Shown here piece by piece: positions 36,961 through 49,249 of a stretch of DNA of 57,158 nucleotides; position 1 is the stretch's first letter, and every line of letters begins with the position of its first letter. The notes under the pieces are model-generated. The model ran no database searches. It saw only the letters and a list, made by a program, of their open reading frames with translations, and had not been told where the DNA came from. The translations under genes were made by a program, and so were the position numbers. The DNA is from Octopus bimaculoides (lineage: Eukaryota): positions 80,752,327 through 80,809,484 of the forward strand of contig NC_068984.1 in the NCBI RefSeq assembly GCF_001194135.2. The letters are read 5' to 3'.

Positions 36961-37435
36961 AGCACCTGCATATATGTAATGTATATGCATGTGAAAATGC
37001 AGGGCATGTCTGAGTAGTTCGGTTGTAAAGTCACTTGATAACCAAGATGCTTCAGCATGGCATCATTAGCAAATGCACACTATTTACATAAGTCAGACCG
37101 GTGTCTTGATTGTTGCTTTCACAACTTTTCAGCTGTTATATACTCCAGCCCTGTTCAGGTCCCTTGTATCAGAATTTCAAACCTAACCATGGGGATACAC
37201 TGTTCTCATTCTACTCTCTGCATTTTGTGGCATTTTTCACTTCAGTTGATTTTTTGTTAATTCACCTTAGTAGGATTGAACTCAGAACCTCCAGATGATT
37301 ATACTGCATTAACCAACTCCTTTATCCACTATGCTATGCCCATATGCAGTGTCAGAGTGAATTTTTTTAAGGCTTATAAACCTAATGTCCATGTAATTTA
37401 TTGTCCATGTATTTATTGTAATTTATTGTGAAAAA

Positions 37436-37630
37436 GTGGTGAGCTGGCGGAATTGTTAGCAGCATTTTGTCTGTCCTTACATTTTGAGTTCAAATTCCAC
37501 TGGGGTGAACTTTACCTTTCATCCTTTCAGAGTCTATAAAATACATACCAGTTGAATACTGGAGTTGATGTAACTGACAAGCCCCCTCCCCTAGAATTTC
37601 AGGCCTTGTGCCTATAGTACAAAGGATTAT
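37436..37630 (+). mobile_element. SINE-C
   Basis: GTGAGCTGGCGGAATTGTTAGCA..GAGTTCAAATTCC..CCTTTCATCCTTTC..GCCTTGTGCCTATAGTA. Confidence 0.8.
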
Positions 37631-37773
37631 AATTATTGTTGATATCTGCTCTTTTTCTTTTATATTTTAGTTCCTGGTCAAGTCAAGACTTATGTGTGAA
37701 AATGAGTTGACAGATATGCTATGGAAGACTGTCAGATGGAGGGATGAAATACATATAAACATTACTGTAAGAC

Positions 37774-37821
37774 TGGTGGAAAGATTGGCATCCATATAGC
37801 TGTATGCCAATCTTTCCACTA
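37774..37821. other. Perfect 16-bp hairpin in unique DNA (pre-miRNA-like candidate)
   Basis: GTGGAAAGATTGGCAT (37776-37791) / ATGCCAATCTTTCCAC (37804-37819), 12-nt loop, extended by G-U and U-A pairs. Confidence 0.4.
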
Positions 37822-38077
37822 CTGGCTGCATATCCTTGACTTTTTGCACACTCCATCTGCCAACAGTGCAATTATTATATAATACTGAGCCCCCAGAAAC
37901 AGCTGTTGGACTTGAAATACCATGCCCTCTCCTTTTAGTTTTCTGTATTTTTGTTCTCCATGTAAACTTGTTTTGTAAATATATAAATATCCATATGCTT
38001 ATAAACGAATGTCCATCTGATGAATATTTTTGGTTTTTGCTTCCATTTTTGCTATACCCTTATATATATTCAAATGC

Positions 38078-38300
38078 GATGGTGGGTGGAACAAACACAG
38101 ACACACAAATACATACACACATATATTCATATATATATACAACAAGCTTCTTTCAGCTTCCGTCTACCAAATCCACTCACAAGGCTTTGTTCGGCCCGAA
38201 GCTATGGTAGAAGACACTTGCCCAAGGTGCCACGCAGTGGGACTGAACCTGGAACCATGTGGTTGGGAAGCAAGCTTCTTGCCGCACAGCCATACCTGCA
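38078..38300 (-). mobile_element. SINE-B (5' half plus start of 3' half)
   Basis: Close reverse-complement match to 18192-18430. Confidence 0.85.
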
Positions 38301-38304
38301 ACTA

Positions 38305-38350
<46 letters not shown>

Positions 38351-38526
38351 TATATATATNNNNNNNNNNNNNNNNNNNNNNNNNNNNNNNNNNNNNNNNN
38401 NNNNNNNNNNNNNNNNNNNNNNNNNNNNNNNNNNNNNNNNNNATATGTATACACACGTAATATATATTTATTTATATAATTCGCACACATACATACACAA
38501 TCACTCGCAGTCACATACGCACACAT

Positions 38527-38560
<34 letters not shown>

Positions 38561-38934
38561 TTTGTAGTAATGTCTTTTATCAATATTACCCACACACCAA
38601 TCTTCTAAAGAAGCAGCTCCATTTCTTCAATGATATTTTCAATGGCAGCAATCTCTTTGATAATGTTTCCACTCAAAATAATTTCCTTTTAATGCCATTT
38701 TTACATCGAAATTCCTCCCCACTTTCATTGCCTTCTTTTCTAGTGGGGTGGCTGTGGGTCGTTTTACAGTGTTATTTTGTGAGGTGGAAAGGGGGTGTTT
38801 CATTTCGGGGTCACATTATTTATATGTAACAGCAAGCCCAGTTCTGAAAATAGCCACTTCACCCATCAGAGAGGAAGGCATTTTTACTTGTGAGTGTTTG
38901 TATATATATAGAAGGAGTGAGACAGGGTTGTCTT

Positions 38935-39370
38935 TTTGTTGCTGCTGCTGCTGTTGTTGTTCTTGTTGTTGTTGTTGTTGTTGGCTATTGTTGCTTATTT
39001 TTGAAAACAGTGCGTCTTATTGCTTGCTATTTTTGTTGTGTTTTGTTTGTTTATTGTTATTGTTGTTATTGCTGTTGTCATATCTTTTATTCTTGCTATG
39101 GTTGTTCTTAATAGTTGCTATTATTATTGTTCTTGTTGTTATTGTTGTCAATGTTGTTGTTGTTGCTGTTGTTGTTGTTACCGCTGCTGTTGATGTTGTT
39201 GTTGTTGTTGTTCCTTTTTCTTGCTACAATTGCTTGTTTTTCTTGTTACTATTGTTTTTTATTGTTGTCATTGTTGTTGTTGCTGCTATTGTGTTGTCGT
39301 TTTTTTATTTAAACTGCCATTATTATTACTGCCTTATTTATCACTAAAGTTGTTGTTGTTGTTGTTGTGG
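38935..39370. repeat. (GTT/ATT/GCT)n degenerate trinucleotide field
   Basis: Directly visible; source of poly-L/V/C ORFs. Confidence 0.9.
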
Positions 39371-40256
39371 TCTTTATATCACATTTTTCTTTCACTTTCC
39401 ATTAGCCCATATATACATATGTATATCCATGTGCCTGCATGTGTTCTTGCTTGTGTGTAGCCATACGTTTGTGTGTCTATACACATGCATATATGCGTAT
39501 ATAAGGGAGTGAGGTGTATGCATATATCTCCTTGTCAGTGTAACAAGCATGAAAGAATGAAGTAAATATCAAAATATTTTATTTCTATAATGTGTTTATC
39601 ATTTAGTATGCAAAGGAATGATATTTCAGAATGCAATTGCAAGTCCCTGTACCATCACCACCACAAATTATATTACCATTCACAGTGACATGAAGAAACA
39701 AAAACTGCAGAAAGTATTTCTTCCTGAAATGGGTCTTTATTGTCAGAATAAACATTGTATTGATCAGGTTCTCTATTAATTATCTACTAAGTAGCTTTCA
39801 TTAATCACTGGAAACCACATTTTATTAATTAGCTTTTGTGATTACAAAATACACTTAATTAATTTACATACATAGTGAGAAGAAATAATTTATCGTTGTC
39901 CAGCCTTCATAGTCAGAGCATGTAAAAGATATATTAATCAGCATTTATAATCAGAAGAAACACTTTCTTGAGTAGTGTTCAATATCAGAAAAAAAGAAAA
40001 GTAAATGAGATATCAACTAATTGATTAACAAGCATTCGTAGTTCCAATAAACAGTTCATTGTCTAGTTTTTACAGATTTATTAACTCTATTTCAAAATCA
40101 TAAAGCTATCACTTGATAACCTGAGCCATTAGCCTTCACAGTAATAGGAACCAATTCATTGGCTATTCTTCCATACTTTACAGGAAAATACATTGACCGG
40201 CCTTCACAGTTACAAAAATGCAAATCCTTAACTGTTGTTCACAGTTATAGAGAACA

Positions 40257-40520
40257 TACAAAGGGTGCTGATAAGTTTCTGGCTTTGGGTAAGAGAAAAT
40301 ACAAGAGAATCAGTAAATTATGATTCTATTCACCATCTTACATGTGTGTGTGGTTGTGTATTCATATGTATGCAGGATTGCTGAAAAGTTCCTGGCTTTG
40401 GGTAAATGAGAATACAGGAGGATCAGTTAATCATGATTTTATTCAACATATTTCTCTCTCAGATTCACACACTTATTACAACAGTCCTTCGGTTTTTCTA
40501 AACCCTATAAAGGAACTGAC
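40257..40520 (+). mobile_element. Two tandem mariner-like 5' terminal fragments
   Basis: TA..G(G)GTGCTGA(T/A)AAGTT(T/C)CTGGCTTTGGGTAA repeated at 40257 and 40369. Confidence 0.5.
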
Positions 40521-40919
40521 CATGTTTGGAATGCCTTTGTTTATAAATTTGTTTGACCATTGCTGACCTGGGGTTAAAGAACAACAACAACTGTGGGTTT
40601 TAAGATTTAATTTTATTCTCATGCAGTCTGTAGTTTTGGTACCTTAGCCATTGAGCCTCTTAAGTACAAGATTCAAAGAATAGATTAGATGAATTGAAGA
40701 TTAAATGAATAGAATAAAAGAATATGGGATTGTCATCATTGTAGATTACAAATGAACATCTTCACGACTTATGAACATTATTTTTCTCAGGCCCAATATC
40801 TTTACCAGAGATCAATAATGAATAAATTTATTTAGCCATTTCAGATCAATACAAGCAAGAAATTACCATTATTATCATCATCATCACCATTATCATCATC
40901 ATTCTTCTTCTTCTTCTTC

Positions 40920-40950
<31 letters not shown>

Positions 40951-40997
40951 CATTATTATTACTATTATCATCACCATCATTATTGTTATTACTATTC

Positions 40998-41211
40998 AAG
41001 GCGATGAGCTGGCAGAATCATTAGCACAAGGATGGAATGGTTACCTGTATTTCGCCCATTGCTACATTCTAAGTTCAAATTCCACCAAGGTTGACTTTGC
41101 CTTTCACCTTTGTGGGATCAATAGATTAAGTACCAGTGAAATACAGGGGCTGATATAATCGACTAATCCTCTCTCACCAAATTTCAGGCCTTGTGCCTTT
41201 AGTAGAAAGGA

Positions 41212-41249
<38 letters not shown>

Positions 41250-42360
41250 ACTACTGCTTCTACTGAAACTGCTACTACTACTACTACAACTTTTTTATTA
41301 TATTTTTATTCATGCACCCTTTTAAAGCCTAGCCAGGCTCATGGACCTGGTTTCCCAGTTTCTATGGCGTATGTGTTCCCTCCAGCTGGATGGGATGCCA
41401 GTCCATCGCAGAATTACTCAAGAAATGGGAAGAAAGAGTGAGAGAAAGTTGGGGGCGAAAGAGTACAACACGGGTCACCACAACCCCCTGCTGGAGCCTC
41501 GTGGAGCTTTAGGTGTTTTCGCTCAATAAACACATACAACGCCCGGTCTGGGAATTGTAACCGCAATCCTCCGACCTCGAATCCACTACCCTAACCACTG
41601 GGCCATTGCGCTACTACTACTACTATTATTTTGCTTATTATTATTATTGTTGTTGTTGTTAGAGCAGTGAGCTGGCAGAATCATTAGCACAAAATGCTTA
41701 GCAGTATTTCGTCTGTCGCTACGGTCTGAGGTCAACTTTACCTTTCATCCTTTCGAGGTTGATAGATTAAGTACCAGTTATGCACTGGGGTCGATGTAAT
41801 CGATCACCCCCCTCCCCAAAATTTCAAGCCTTGTGCCTATAGTAGAAAGGATTATTATTGTTGTTGCTACAAGGTAATGAGCTGACAGAACCGTCAGCAC
41901 ACTAGGCAAAAGGCTTAGTGGCATTTCATCCGTCTTTATGTTCTGAGTTCAAATTCCATCAAGGTCTGCTTTGTCTTTCATTCTTTCATGGTCGACGAAA
42001 TAGGTACCAGCTGAACACTGGGGTTGACATAATCGACTTAACTCCACCTCAACTAAAATTACTGGCTTTGAGTCAAAATATGAAACCATTATTATTTTGT
42101 TATTATTATTGTCACAGTTCTTGTTAATGCTCTTATTGATCATTAATATTGATTTCAAATATTGGCATAAGGCTAGCAATTTCAGAGGAGGGGGGTAAGT
42201 GGATAACATCGGTCCCCAATATTCAACTGGAACTTATTTTATCGACCCTGAAAGGATGAAAGGCAAAGCTGACTCCAACAGAATTTGAACTTGGAGCTGG
42301 ACAAATTGCAGCAAAGCATTTTGCCCAGCATGTTAACAATTATGCCAGCTTGCCACCTTA
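40998..42360. mobile_element. Cluster of four SINE-C copies (40998-41210 +, 41662-41850 +, 41870-42092 +, 42150-42360 -) in ATT/ACT microsatellite
   Basis: Each has a GAGCTG(G/A)CAGAA head, a TTCAAATTCC-type B box and the CCTTTCATCCTTTC..AAGTACCAG centre; (ATT)n tails. Confidence 0.85.
41300..41612 (-). mobile_element. SINE-A head and centre with a different 3' tail
   Basis: Head to CTTTCTCTCACTCTTTCTTCC matches SINE-A; it then continues GCGATGGACTGGCATCCCATCCAG...GGCTAGGCTTTAAAAGGGTGCA. Confidence 0.85.
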
Positions 42361-42784
42361 TAATTAAGCATTGATATTAATAGTCATTATTCTTTGACTA
42401 ATTATTAGTGGAAAATTCCACTAGGAAAAAAGTAGGTAGACAGTAAGGTGGTAATAGTAGTGAAGTACTGGACTAAATGTTTTGCCCTGTTTAGTTTCAT
42501 CCTTCGACATTCTGTGTTCAAATCTTATCATGAGGGAGGGGACCATCACTGATTCCCTCCTCCTTAGAAAAATGGGTTAATAATTACTGAATTACCTGTT
42601 TCTTTATTAAGTTCTTATTTTCTCTTATTTTGCTACTGATGAGTCCTCTTTGACAACTCAGATTCTTAAAATGAATTTATTGTCTTTATGTATGAAACGA
42701 TCATCTAGAGAATTGAATAAATATTTTATCCCATATTAACGTCTAATCTCCTCCATTTATGAAAAATATGATTGAATTTACTCA

Positions 42785-43175
42785 TTTACTCTTTTACTTG
42801 TTTCAGTCATTTGACTGTGGCCATGCTGGAGCACTGCCTTTAGTCGAGCAAATCGCCCCCAGGACTTATTCTTTGTAAGCCTAATACTTATTCTATCGGC
42901 CACTTTTGCCAAACCGCTAAGTTACGGGGACCTAAACACACCAGCATTGGTTGTCAAATGATGTTAGGGGAACAAACACAGACAGACAAACATACACACG
43001 TACATACATATATACAACGGGCTTCTTTCAGCTTCCGTCTACCAAATCCACCCACAAGGCTTTGGTCGGCCCGAGGTTATAGTAGAAGACACTTGCCCAA
43101 GGTACCATGCAGTGGGACTGAACCAGGAACCATGTGGTTGGTAAGCAAGCTACTTACCACGCAGCCACTCCTACG
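42785..43175 (-). mobile_element. SINE-B, full length, short microsatellite
   Basis: Reverse complement of 18192-18610 along its whole length. Confidence 0.9.
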
Positions 43176-43228
43176 CCTTTTGTTGAACTTCGTTCTATAA
43201 TTTAAATCATATTCTTAATATATACATT

Positions 43229-43430
43229 GTGTGTGTGTGTGTGTACACAACAGGCTTCTTTCAGTTTCCGTCTACCAAATCCACTTACCACTTACCACTT
43301 ACCAGATCCACTTACAAGGTTTTGGTTGACCCAAGGCTATAGTAGAAGACACTTGCCCAAGGTTCCACACAGTGGGACTGAACCTAGAACCATATGGTTG
43401 GGAAAAAAAGCTTCTTATCACACAGCCATG
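43229..43430 (-). mobile_element. SINE-B 5' half with internal (CCACTTA)n stutter
   Basis: CCACTTACCACTTACCACTTACCAGATCCACTTAC replaces CCACTCAC. Confidence 0.8.
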
Positions 43431-43864
43431 CATGCTTGTCTCACCCTTTCGCACAGGGTTTTTTTAGTATTTTCTGTTTCTCTCTCTCTATGCTAGTCAC
43501 ACCCTTTTTCTCTGTCTATCTCTAACCTCTCCCCACCACTTCCAATTTATTCTCCCTCCTTCTCTCTCTCTCTCTCTCTCTTTCTCTCTTTCTCTATTTT
43601 TCTTCTCTTTCTGTATGTATGTGTATGTGTGTGTATGTATTGCTCTGGAGCTCTCTGTACTTTTGAGCATCTATCTGTCTCCAAGCGTCCCCACACCCTA
43701 CTACCCCCAGTTTTCAATACACCACCATCGCCACCACCCTGTTTCTCCTACCCAGGTGTTAAATATGTCTATTTTATCTCACACCTGACAATCAAGAGAA
43801 TTAAAATAATTTAATGTACAAAATTGAGCTTCATTGATTTATTTTCTTTCTAATAAAGCACTTC

Positions 43865-44647
43865 TGGATGGTGGTGGTGGTGGTGGTGGTGCTGGTGCTG
43901 GTGCTGATGATGGTGAAAGGAGGTGAAAATGGTGGTTGTGCTGAGGGACCATAGTAGGAGGATGATCATCACAAGTGATGTAGAATAGTCAATGTAGTGA
44001 ATTTATTGGTTATATATGTGATGGAGTAGGTGGTGGTGGTGGTGTAGGTGGTGGTGGTGGTGAGGGTGGTAGTGGTGGTGGTGAGGGTGGTAGTGGTGGT
44101 GGTGAGGGTGGTGGCGGCAGCGGTGGTAACAGCAGCGGNNNNNNNNNNNNNNNNNNNNNNNNNNNNNNNNNNNNNNNNNNNNNNNNNNNNNNNNNNNNNN
44201 NNNNNNNNNNNNNNNNNNNNNNNNNNNNNNNNNNNNNNNNNNNNNNNNNNNNNNNNNNNNNNNNNNNNNNNNNNNNNNNNNNNNNNNNNNNNNNNNNNNN
44301 NNNNNNNNNNNNNNNNNNNNNNNNNNNNNNNNNNNNNNNNNNNNNNNNNNNNNNNNNNGGGGTCAGTGGTGGTGGAGCTGGGGGCAGTGATAGCGGCAGC
44401 AGTAGTAGCAGCAGCAGTGGTAACAGCAGTGGTCGTGATCGTGGCAGTGGTGATGGTTGTGGTGGTGGTTGTGGTCGTGGTGGTTGTGGTGGTGGTGGTT
44501 TTGTGATCATCCCACTTAATTGTGACTTGTAGATCTATCCAGATGCTAAAATAAATATGTCATCTCATCAACATTGTCATCAGCATCATCAGCATCACCA
44601 CCACCATTAGCAACAGCAGCATCATTATTATAATCATAGCCACTACC

Positions 44648-44681
<34 letters not shown>

Positions 44682-44780
44682 CCACTACTTCCACTACCAC
44701 CACCGTCACCACTACCGCTGCTGCTACCACTACTGCTACCATCACTGCCACCACCACTGCTATCATCATCATCATTGTTT
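43865..44780. repeat. (GGT)n then (CAT/CAC)n trinucleotide fields around gap 44139-44358
   Basis: Directly visible. Confidence 0.9.
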
Positions 44781-44992
44781 TAATGGGTCACATTTTCCAT
44801 GCTGACATATTTTGCAATATTTATAAGATATTTCAATATCTGTAATTTCACAATCAAGCACAATCTACAATTTCCAGCACCATAAGTGTATCAAGTTGCT
44901 CTTTCTACCATGTTCTTATTTCAGTACAGGGACTTGCTCAGTTTTTCAAAGAAGTTGGGACAAAGAACCAGGGGTAACTCAGTCCTTTGATC

Positions 44993-45153
44993 TGGCACTT
45001 TGTCCGTTACGACCCGACAAGGGTTCCAGTTGGTCTGATCAACAGAACAGCCTGCTCATAAAATTAACATGCAAGTGGCTGAGCACTCCACAGATATTTG
45101 TACCTTTAATGTAGTCCTCAAGGATATTCAGTGTGACACAGGATCTGATAAGG
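44993..45153 (-). mobile_element. SINE-A 3' tail fragment
   Basis: GGGTTCCAGTTG..AACAGCCTGCTC..AAATTAAC.TGCAAGTGGCTGAGCACTCCACAG. Confidence 0.8.
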
Positions 45154-45360
45154 TTTGTGTGGCTTAGTGGTTAGGGGTATTCAGTTCACAATTCTAAGGT
45201 CATGAGTTCAATTCCTGGTGGTGCATTGTGTCCTTGAGCAAGTCACTTTATTTCACACTGCTCCAGTCCACTCAGCTGGCAAAATTGAGTAGTACCTATA
45301 GTTTAAAATGGGTCCGCTATGTCACATTTTGTGCCATGCTGAAGCTCTCTAAGTATTACG

Positions 45361-45821
45361 TAAAACCTTTAGCATTTGGATTACTCTGTCAAATAGAATT
45401 CTTATTTATTCTTATTCTTTTGAATTAATTATGTATTGGGTTGTCCGCAAAGTTCGTGCCAATTTATAGTAGCTTACCTTTCGACTTATTTGCCATGAAA
45501 CCACCTCAATTCTGGGAAGAGGGTATTTTCAAGTTAAAGGATAGATGGAGACGCATTGTGCAACAAAATGGTTCATATTTGGTTGATTAAAAATGTAATG
45601 GCAAGTATTTATTGACCTTTTTCTTTCCTTTAAAAATAAGCACGAACTTTCCGAACAACCCAATATTATCTTGTAACTTTGAGATTTCAATGACAAAATT
45701 GTTTATTTTCAAAGTATTTATTTTATAAAGTAAGTATGAGAGGCCAGATTTGGCCAGCTTGAACATAAAACAGGTAGAATATTTTGGTCGGATATGGCTG
45801 GTTTAAATGTTAAAGGCTTAA
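45361..45821 (-). mobile_element. TTAA-type MITE (same family as 30829-31281) inserted in the SINE
   Basis: TAAA-ACCTTTAGCATT...AATGTTAAAGGC-TTAA; interior homologous in reverse. Confidence 0.7.
45434..45665 (+). mobile_element. Mini-mariner (232 bp) with TA TSD
   Basis: TIRs TA-TTGGGTTGTCCGCAAAGTTCGTGC / GCACGAACTTTCCGAACAACCCAA-TA; interior encodes the mariner C-terminus KPPQFWEEGIFKLKDRWRRIVQQNGSYLVD*. Confidence 0.85.
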
Positions 45822-46024
45822 GAGTGAACATGTCTGCAGAGTATTCAGCCACTTGCACATTAATTTCATGAGCAGGCTGTTCCACTAATTGGAGCAATTG
45901 GCATTGATTGGAGCAATTACTCATCATCGTAACTGATGTTGCTCAATATATATATTATCACTTTATATTTGATTTCATGAAACTTTTCAAACTCAATAAA
46001 GAAACCACCATATATGGATCGTCA

Positions 46025-46572
46025 TCTGTGTCTGCTTTCTATGCTGGCATGGGTTAGACAGTTTGACTGAAAACTGGTAAGCTGGAGAGCTGCACCAGGT
46101 TCCAGTCTGATTTGGCAAGGTTTCTACTACTGGATGCCCTTCCTAGTGCCAACCACTCCAAGAGTGTAATGGGTGCTTTTTACATGCCACCAGCATGGGT
46201 ACCAGTTACATATCACCAGCATCAGCTACAACTACGACCTCACTTGGCTTCACAGGTCTTCTCAAGCATGGTATATTGCCTAAGGTTTCAGCCACTTTTC
46301 ACTGCATCTGTGAGACCCAAAATTTGAAGGATGCTTTTTATGTGCCACTGTTATGGGTGCCAGTTAAGTGACGATAGCATTGATCACGACTATGATTTCA
46401 TTTAGCTTGACAGGTCTTCTCAAGCACATCATATCACCCAACACTCTGACACGAGAGCCGGTTACATGACACTGGCATCAGCCACAACTGTGATTTCACT
46501 TGGCTTGACGGGTCTTCTCAAGTGCGGCTTATCACCAAAGGTCTCAGTCACTTGTCATTGCTTCTGCAAGGC
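46025..46572 (-). mobile_element. RTE-type 3' end with three internal repeats of the ORF-end module
   Basis: CAC/CAT-TTGGCTT(G/C)AC(A/G)GGTCTTCTCAAG occurs three times; GGATGCCCTTCCTAGTGCCAACCAC motif present. Confidence 0.75.
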
Positions 46573-46948
46573 TGGGTAAGAATATAAAAGAGATTTGATA
46601 TAAACATCACCATGAGCACCAGCCTAATATTTGACAGCATTTTAGACATTAGACAAGATTTGACCACAAACATCACTTTTGAGAAAGCTAAATGAGGAAA
46701 CCATATACATATGTAAGTGTTCCAACCACACTCGTAATTAAAAACCTTGTAGATGTCATGAGTAGTATCTCTGACAGAAATATTTCTAACTGGGTTGCCT
46801 TTACTATAACATTGCAATAACAAAAAGTGGCTTTAACAAATACACTGATATGCAAGACTCTCCTTTTCATGTCAGAATTATGAAGAAAAAAGGAATTTGA
46901 TTCAATCCACCGGTCAATGTGAATGTAGCACCCAACACTGCCAGAAAT

Positions 46949-46989
<41 letters not shown>

Positions 46990-49249
46990 AATCCTGGTTT
47001 TGCTACTTCTGCACTTTTTATTGTAGCTGTTGCAGTTGTTGTTGCCATCATTGATGCAACAACCATACCAAGTGATGGTTTTGTTTAGCCCCAGGTCAGC
47101 TCTGACCATGTAGACATATAATCAAAAGGCATTTCAATTATGACCATCCATATCAATTCGTTTCCAGGCATAGTGCATCTAGGACCATAACATCTAATGT
47201 GTCCTAATTTTCTATTTTTAGATTGCAAATAGTAAGCTGAGGAAGATTTAGGTGCTATTTCTAACAGATTGAATAACCACATATACATATTATTGCTGCT
47301 GTTGATGACGTTGCTGCTGCTGCTGCTGTTGTTGTTGTTGTTGTTGTTGNNNNNNNNNNNNNNNNNNNNNNNNNNNNNNNNNNNNNNNNNNNNNNNNNNN
47401 NNNNNNNNNNNNNNNNNNNNNNNNNNNNNNNNNNNNNNNNNNNNNNNNNNNNNNNNNNNNNNNNNNNNNNNNNNNNNNCTATTGTTGTTTGTTGTTTTTT
47501 ATTGCTGTTGCTGTTGTTGATTATAAAATATACATAATGTTTAATTTCAAAAATAAAGAGACTGAATATATTTTCCCACATCAAGCGCTGTGTGAGTGGA
47601 ATGGTTCAGGGTTGTGTAGCTGGCTGTAATTTAGTTAATCAAAATTTAACCAATCAAAATTCAACCAATCAACGTTTAGCCAATCAGAAATTCAACCAGT
47701 CAAAAGTGAGGTAACTATTTTGTAGGTCAATTACATTTCAATTTGATTTCTGCCGTAGAAAATTGGAAAAGAGTCAAGCTGATAAAATTGTTTAAAATGA
47801 GGGGAAAATGCATATAAACATGTGCACTCTCTTCTCACATGTAAACACACATGCATACACATGCACAAATAACATAAATAAACATGTGTGTGTATATGTG
47901 TGTGTGTAGTGGGATAAAGAGAGAGGAAAGGAGATGTATAAACACATGCACATATATANNNNNNNNNNNNNNNNNNNNNNNNNNNNNNNNNNNNNNNNNN
48001 NNNNNNNNNNNNNNNNNNNNNNNNNNNNNNNNNNNNNNNNNNNNNNNNNNNNNNNNNNNNNNNNNNNNNNNNNNNNNNNNNNNNNNNNNNNNNNNNNNNN
48101 NNNNNNNNNNNNNNNNNNNNNNNNNNNNNNNNNNNNNNNNNNNNNNNNNNNNNNNNNNNNNNNNNNNNNNNNNNNNNNNNNNNNNNNNNNNNNNNNNNNN
48201 NNNNNNNNNNNNNNNNNNNNNNNNNNNNNNNNNNNNNNNNNNNNNNNNNNNNNNNNNNNNNNNNNNNNNNNNNNNNNNNNNNNNNNNNNNNNNNNNNNNN
48301 NNNNNNNNNNNNNNNNNNNNNNNNNNNNNNNNNNNNNNNNNNNNNNNNNNNNNNNNNNNNNNNNNNNNNNNNNNNNNNNNNNNNNNNNNNNNNNNNNNNN
48401 NNNNNNNNNNNNNNNNNNNNNNNNNNNNNNNNNNNNNNNNNNNNNNNNNNNNNNNNNNNNNNNNNNNNNNNNNNNNNNNNNNNNNNNNNNNNNNNNNNNN
48501 NNNNNNNNNNNNNNNNNNNNNNNNNNNNNNNNNNNNNNNNNATTGTCAAATGGTTAAGAAAACTTGGTTTGCAGTTTCAAGCTACTGATTTCAATTCTGT
48601 TGCACAGAAGCATCATTAAACCCATAAATTATGCATAGAACTGGGCAAATGGAAACTGTAATGAAGCTCATTGATTAGAATATACTTTTAATTTCTTTAA
48701 ATCTATTCTCACTTGCAGGATCATTTAGTTTCCATCTCTTCCAACTCCTTGTAGCCCTTTGTTTCTCTGTCAATGACATTTCTGTGTGTGTGTGTGCATG
48801 TGTGCGCGCACGCATGCACATGCATGTTTGCATGCAAGCAAGTGTGTGTATATGTATGTGTGCATGTGTATGTGTGTGACAGAATTAGGTACATGCTGAT
48901 GCCAGACCCTAAGCATCACCAGAAAGTGTTATGATTCACACCACCCTTTTCTTTAAGTGTTAAAACTTGAGTAGGTAAGATTTACCTTAGCTTAGTAGAC
49001 AAGCACTTCCTTCATACAAATAGGTTCACCAAAATATTTAATAGATTCAGACTGAGAATTTCCTTTAGCAGTGCACCCAAGGTAAAAAAGGTTTTAGTAG
49101 GTAGGCCCACAACTGAGATAGAGGCAGGATGCTCATATATGGGTAACACAACTTGTCCACTGAATGGCCACTGTAATACAGAGACTATCATATACAAGGC
49201 AGAGGTAACAGCAATAGGACCAAATGGGCATCCAAACGTGCAAAGAACA

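Larger units (their letters stand above)
45157..45935 (+). mobile_element. tRNA/CORE-like SINE with SINE-A-type tail, split by nested insertions
   Basis: GGCTTAGTGGTTAG, GAGTTCAATTCC, TGTGTCCTTGAGCAAGTCACTT; the tail resumes after 45821 (CAGCCACTTGCAC..GAGCAGGCTGTTCC). Confidence 0.7.

Noticed and set aside
37670-37766. Possible exon after a polypyrimidine tract (FLVKSRLMCENELTDMLW..)
   Set aside because: Plausible splice signals but no recognisable protein and no partner exons; cannot be supported without RNA data.
37776-37800. miR-31 identification for the hairpin
   Set aside because: Seed and spacing differ from miR-31 (AGGCAAGAUG..); the resemblance is partial only.
39770-40140. TAAT/ATTA-rich cluster as a homeodomain enhancer (similar at 16470-16860)
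   Set aside because: Expected at this AT content; only cross-species conservation could support it.
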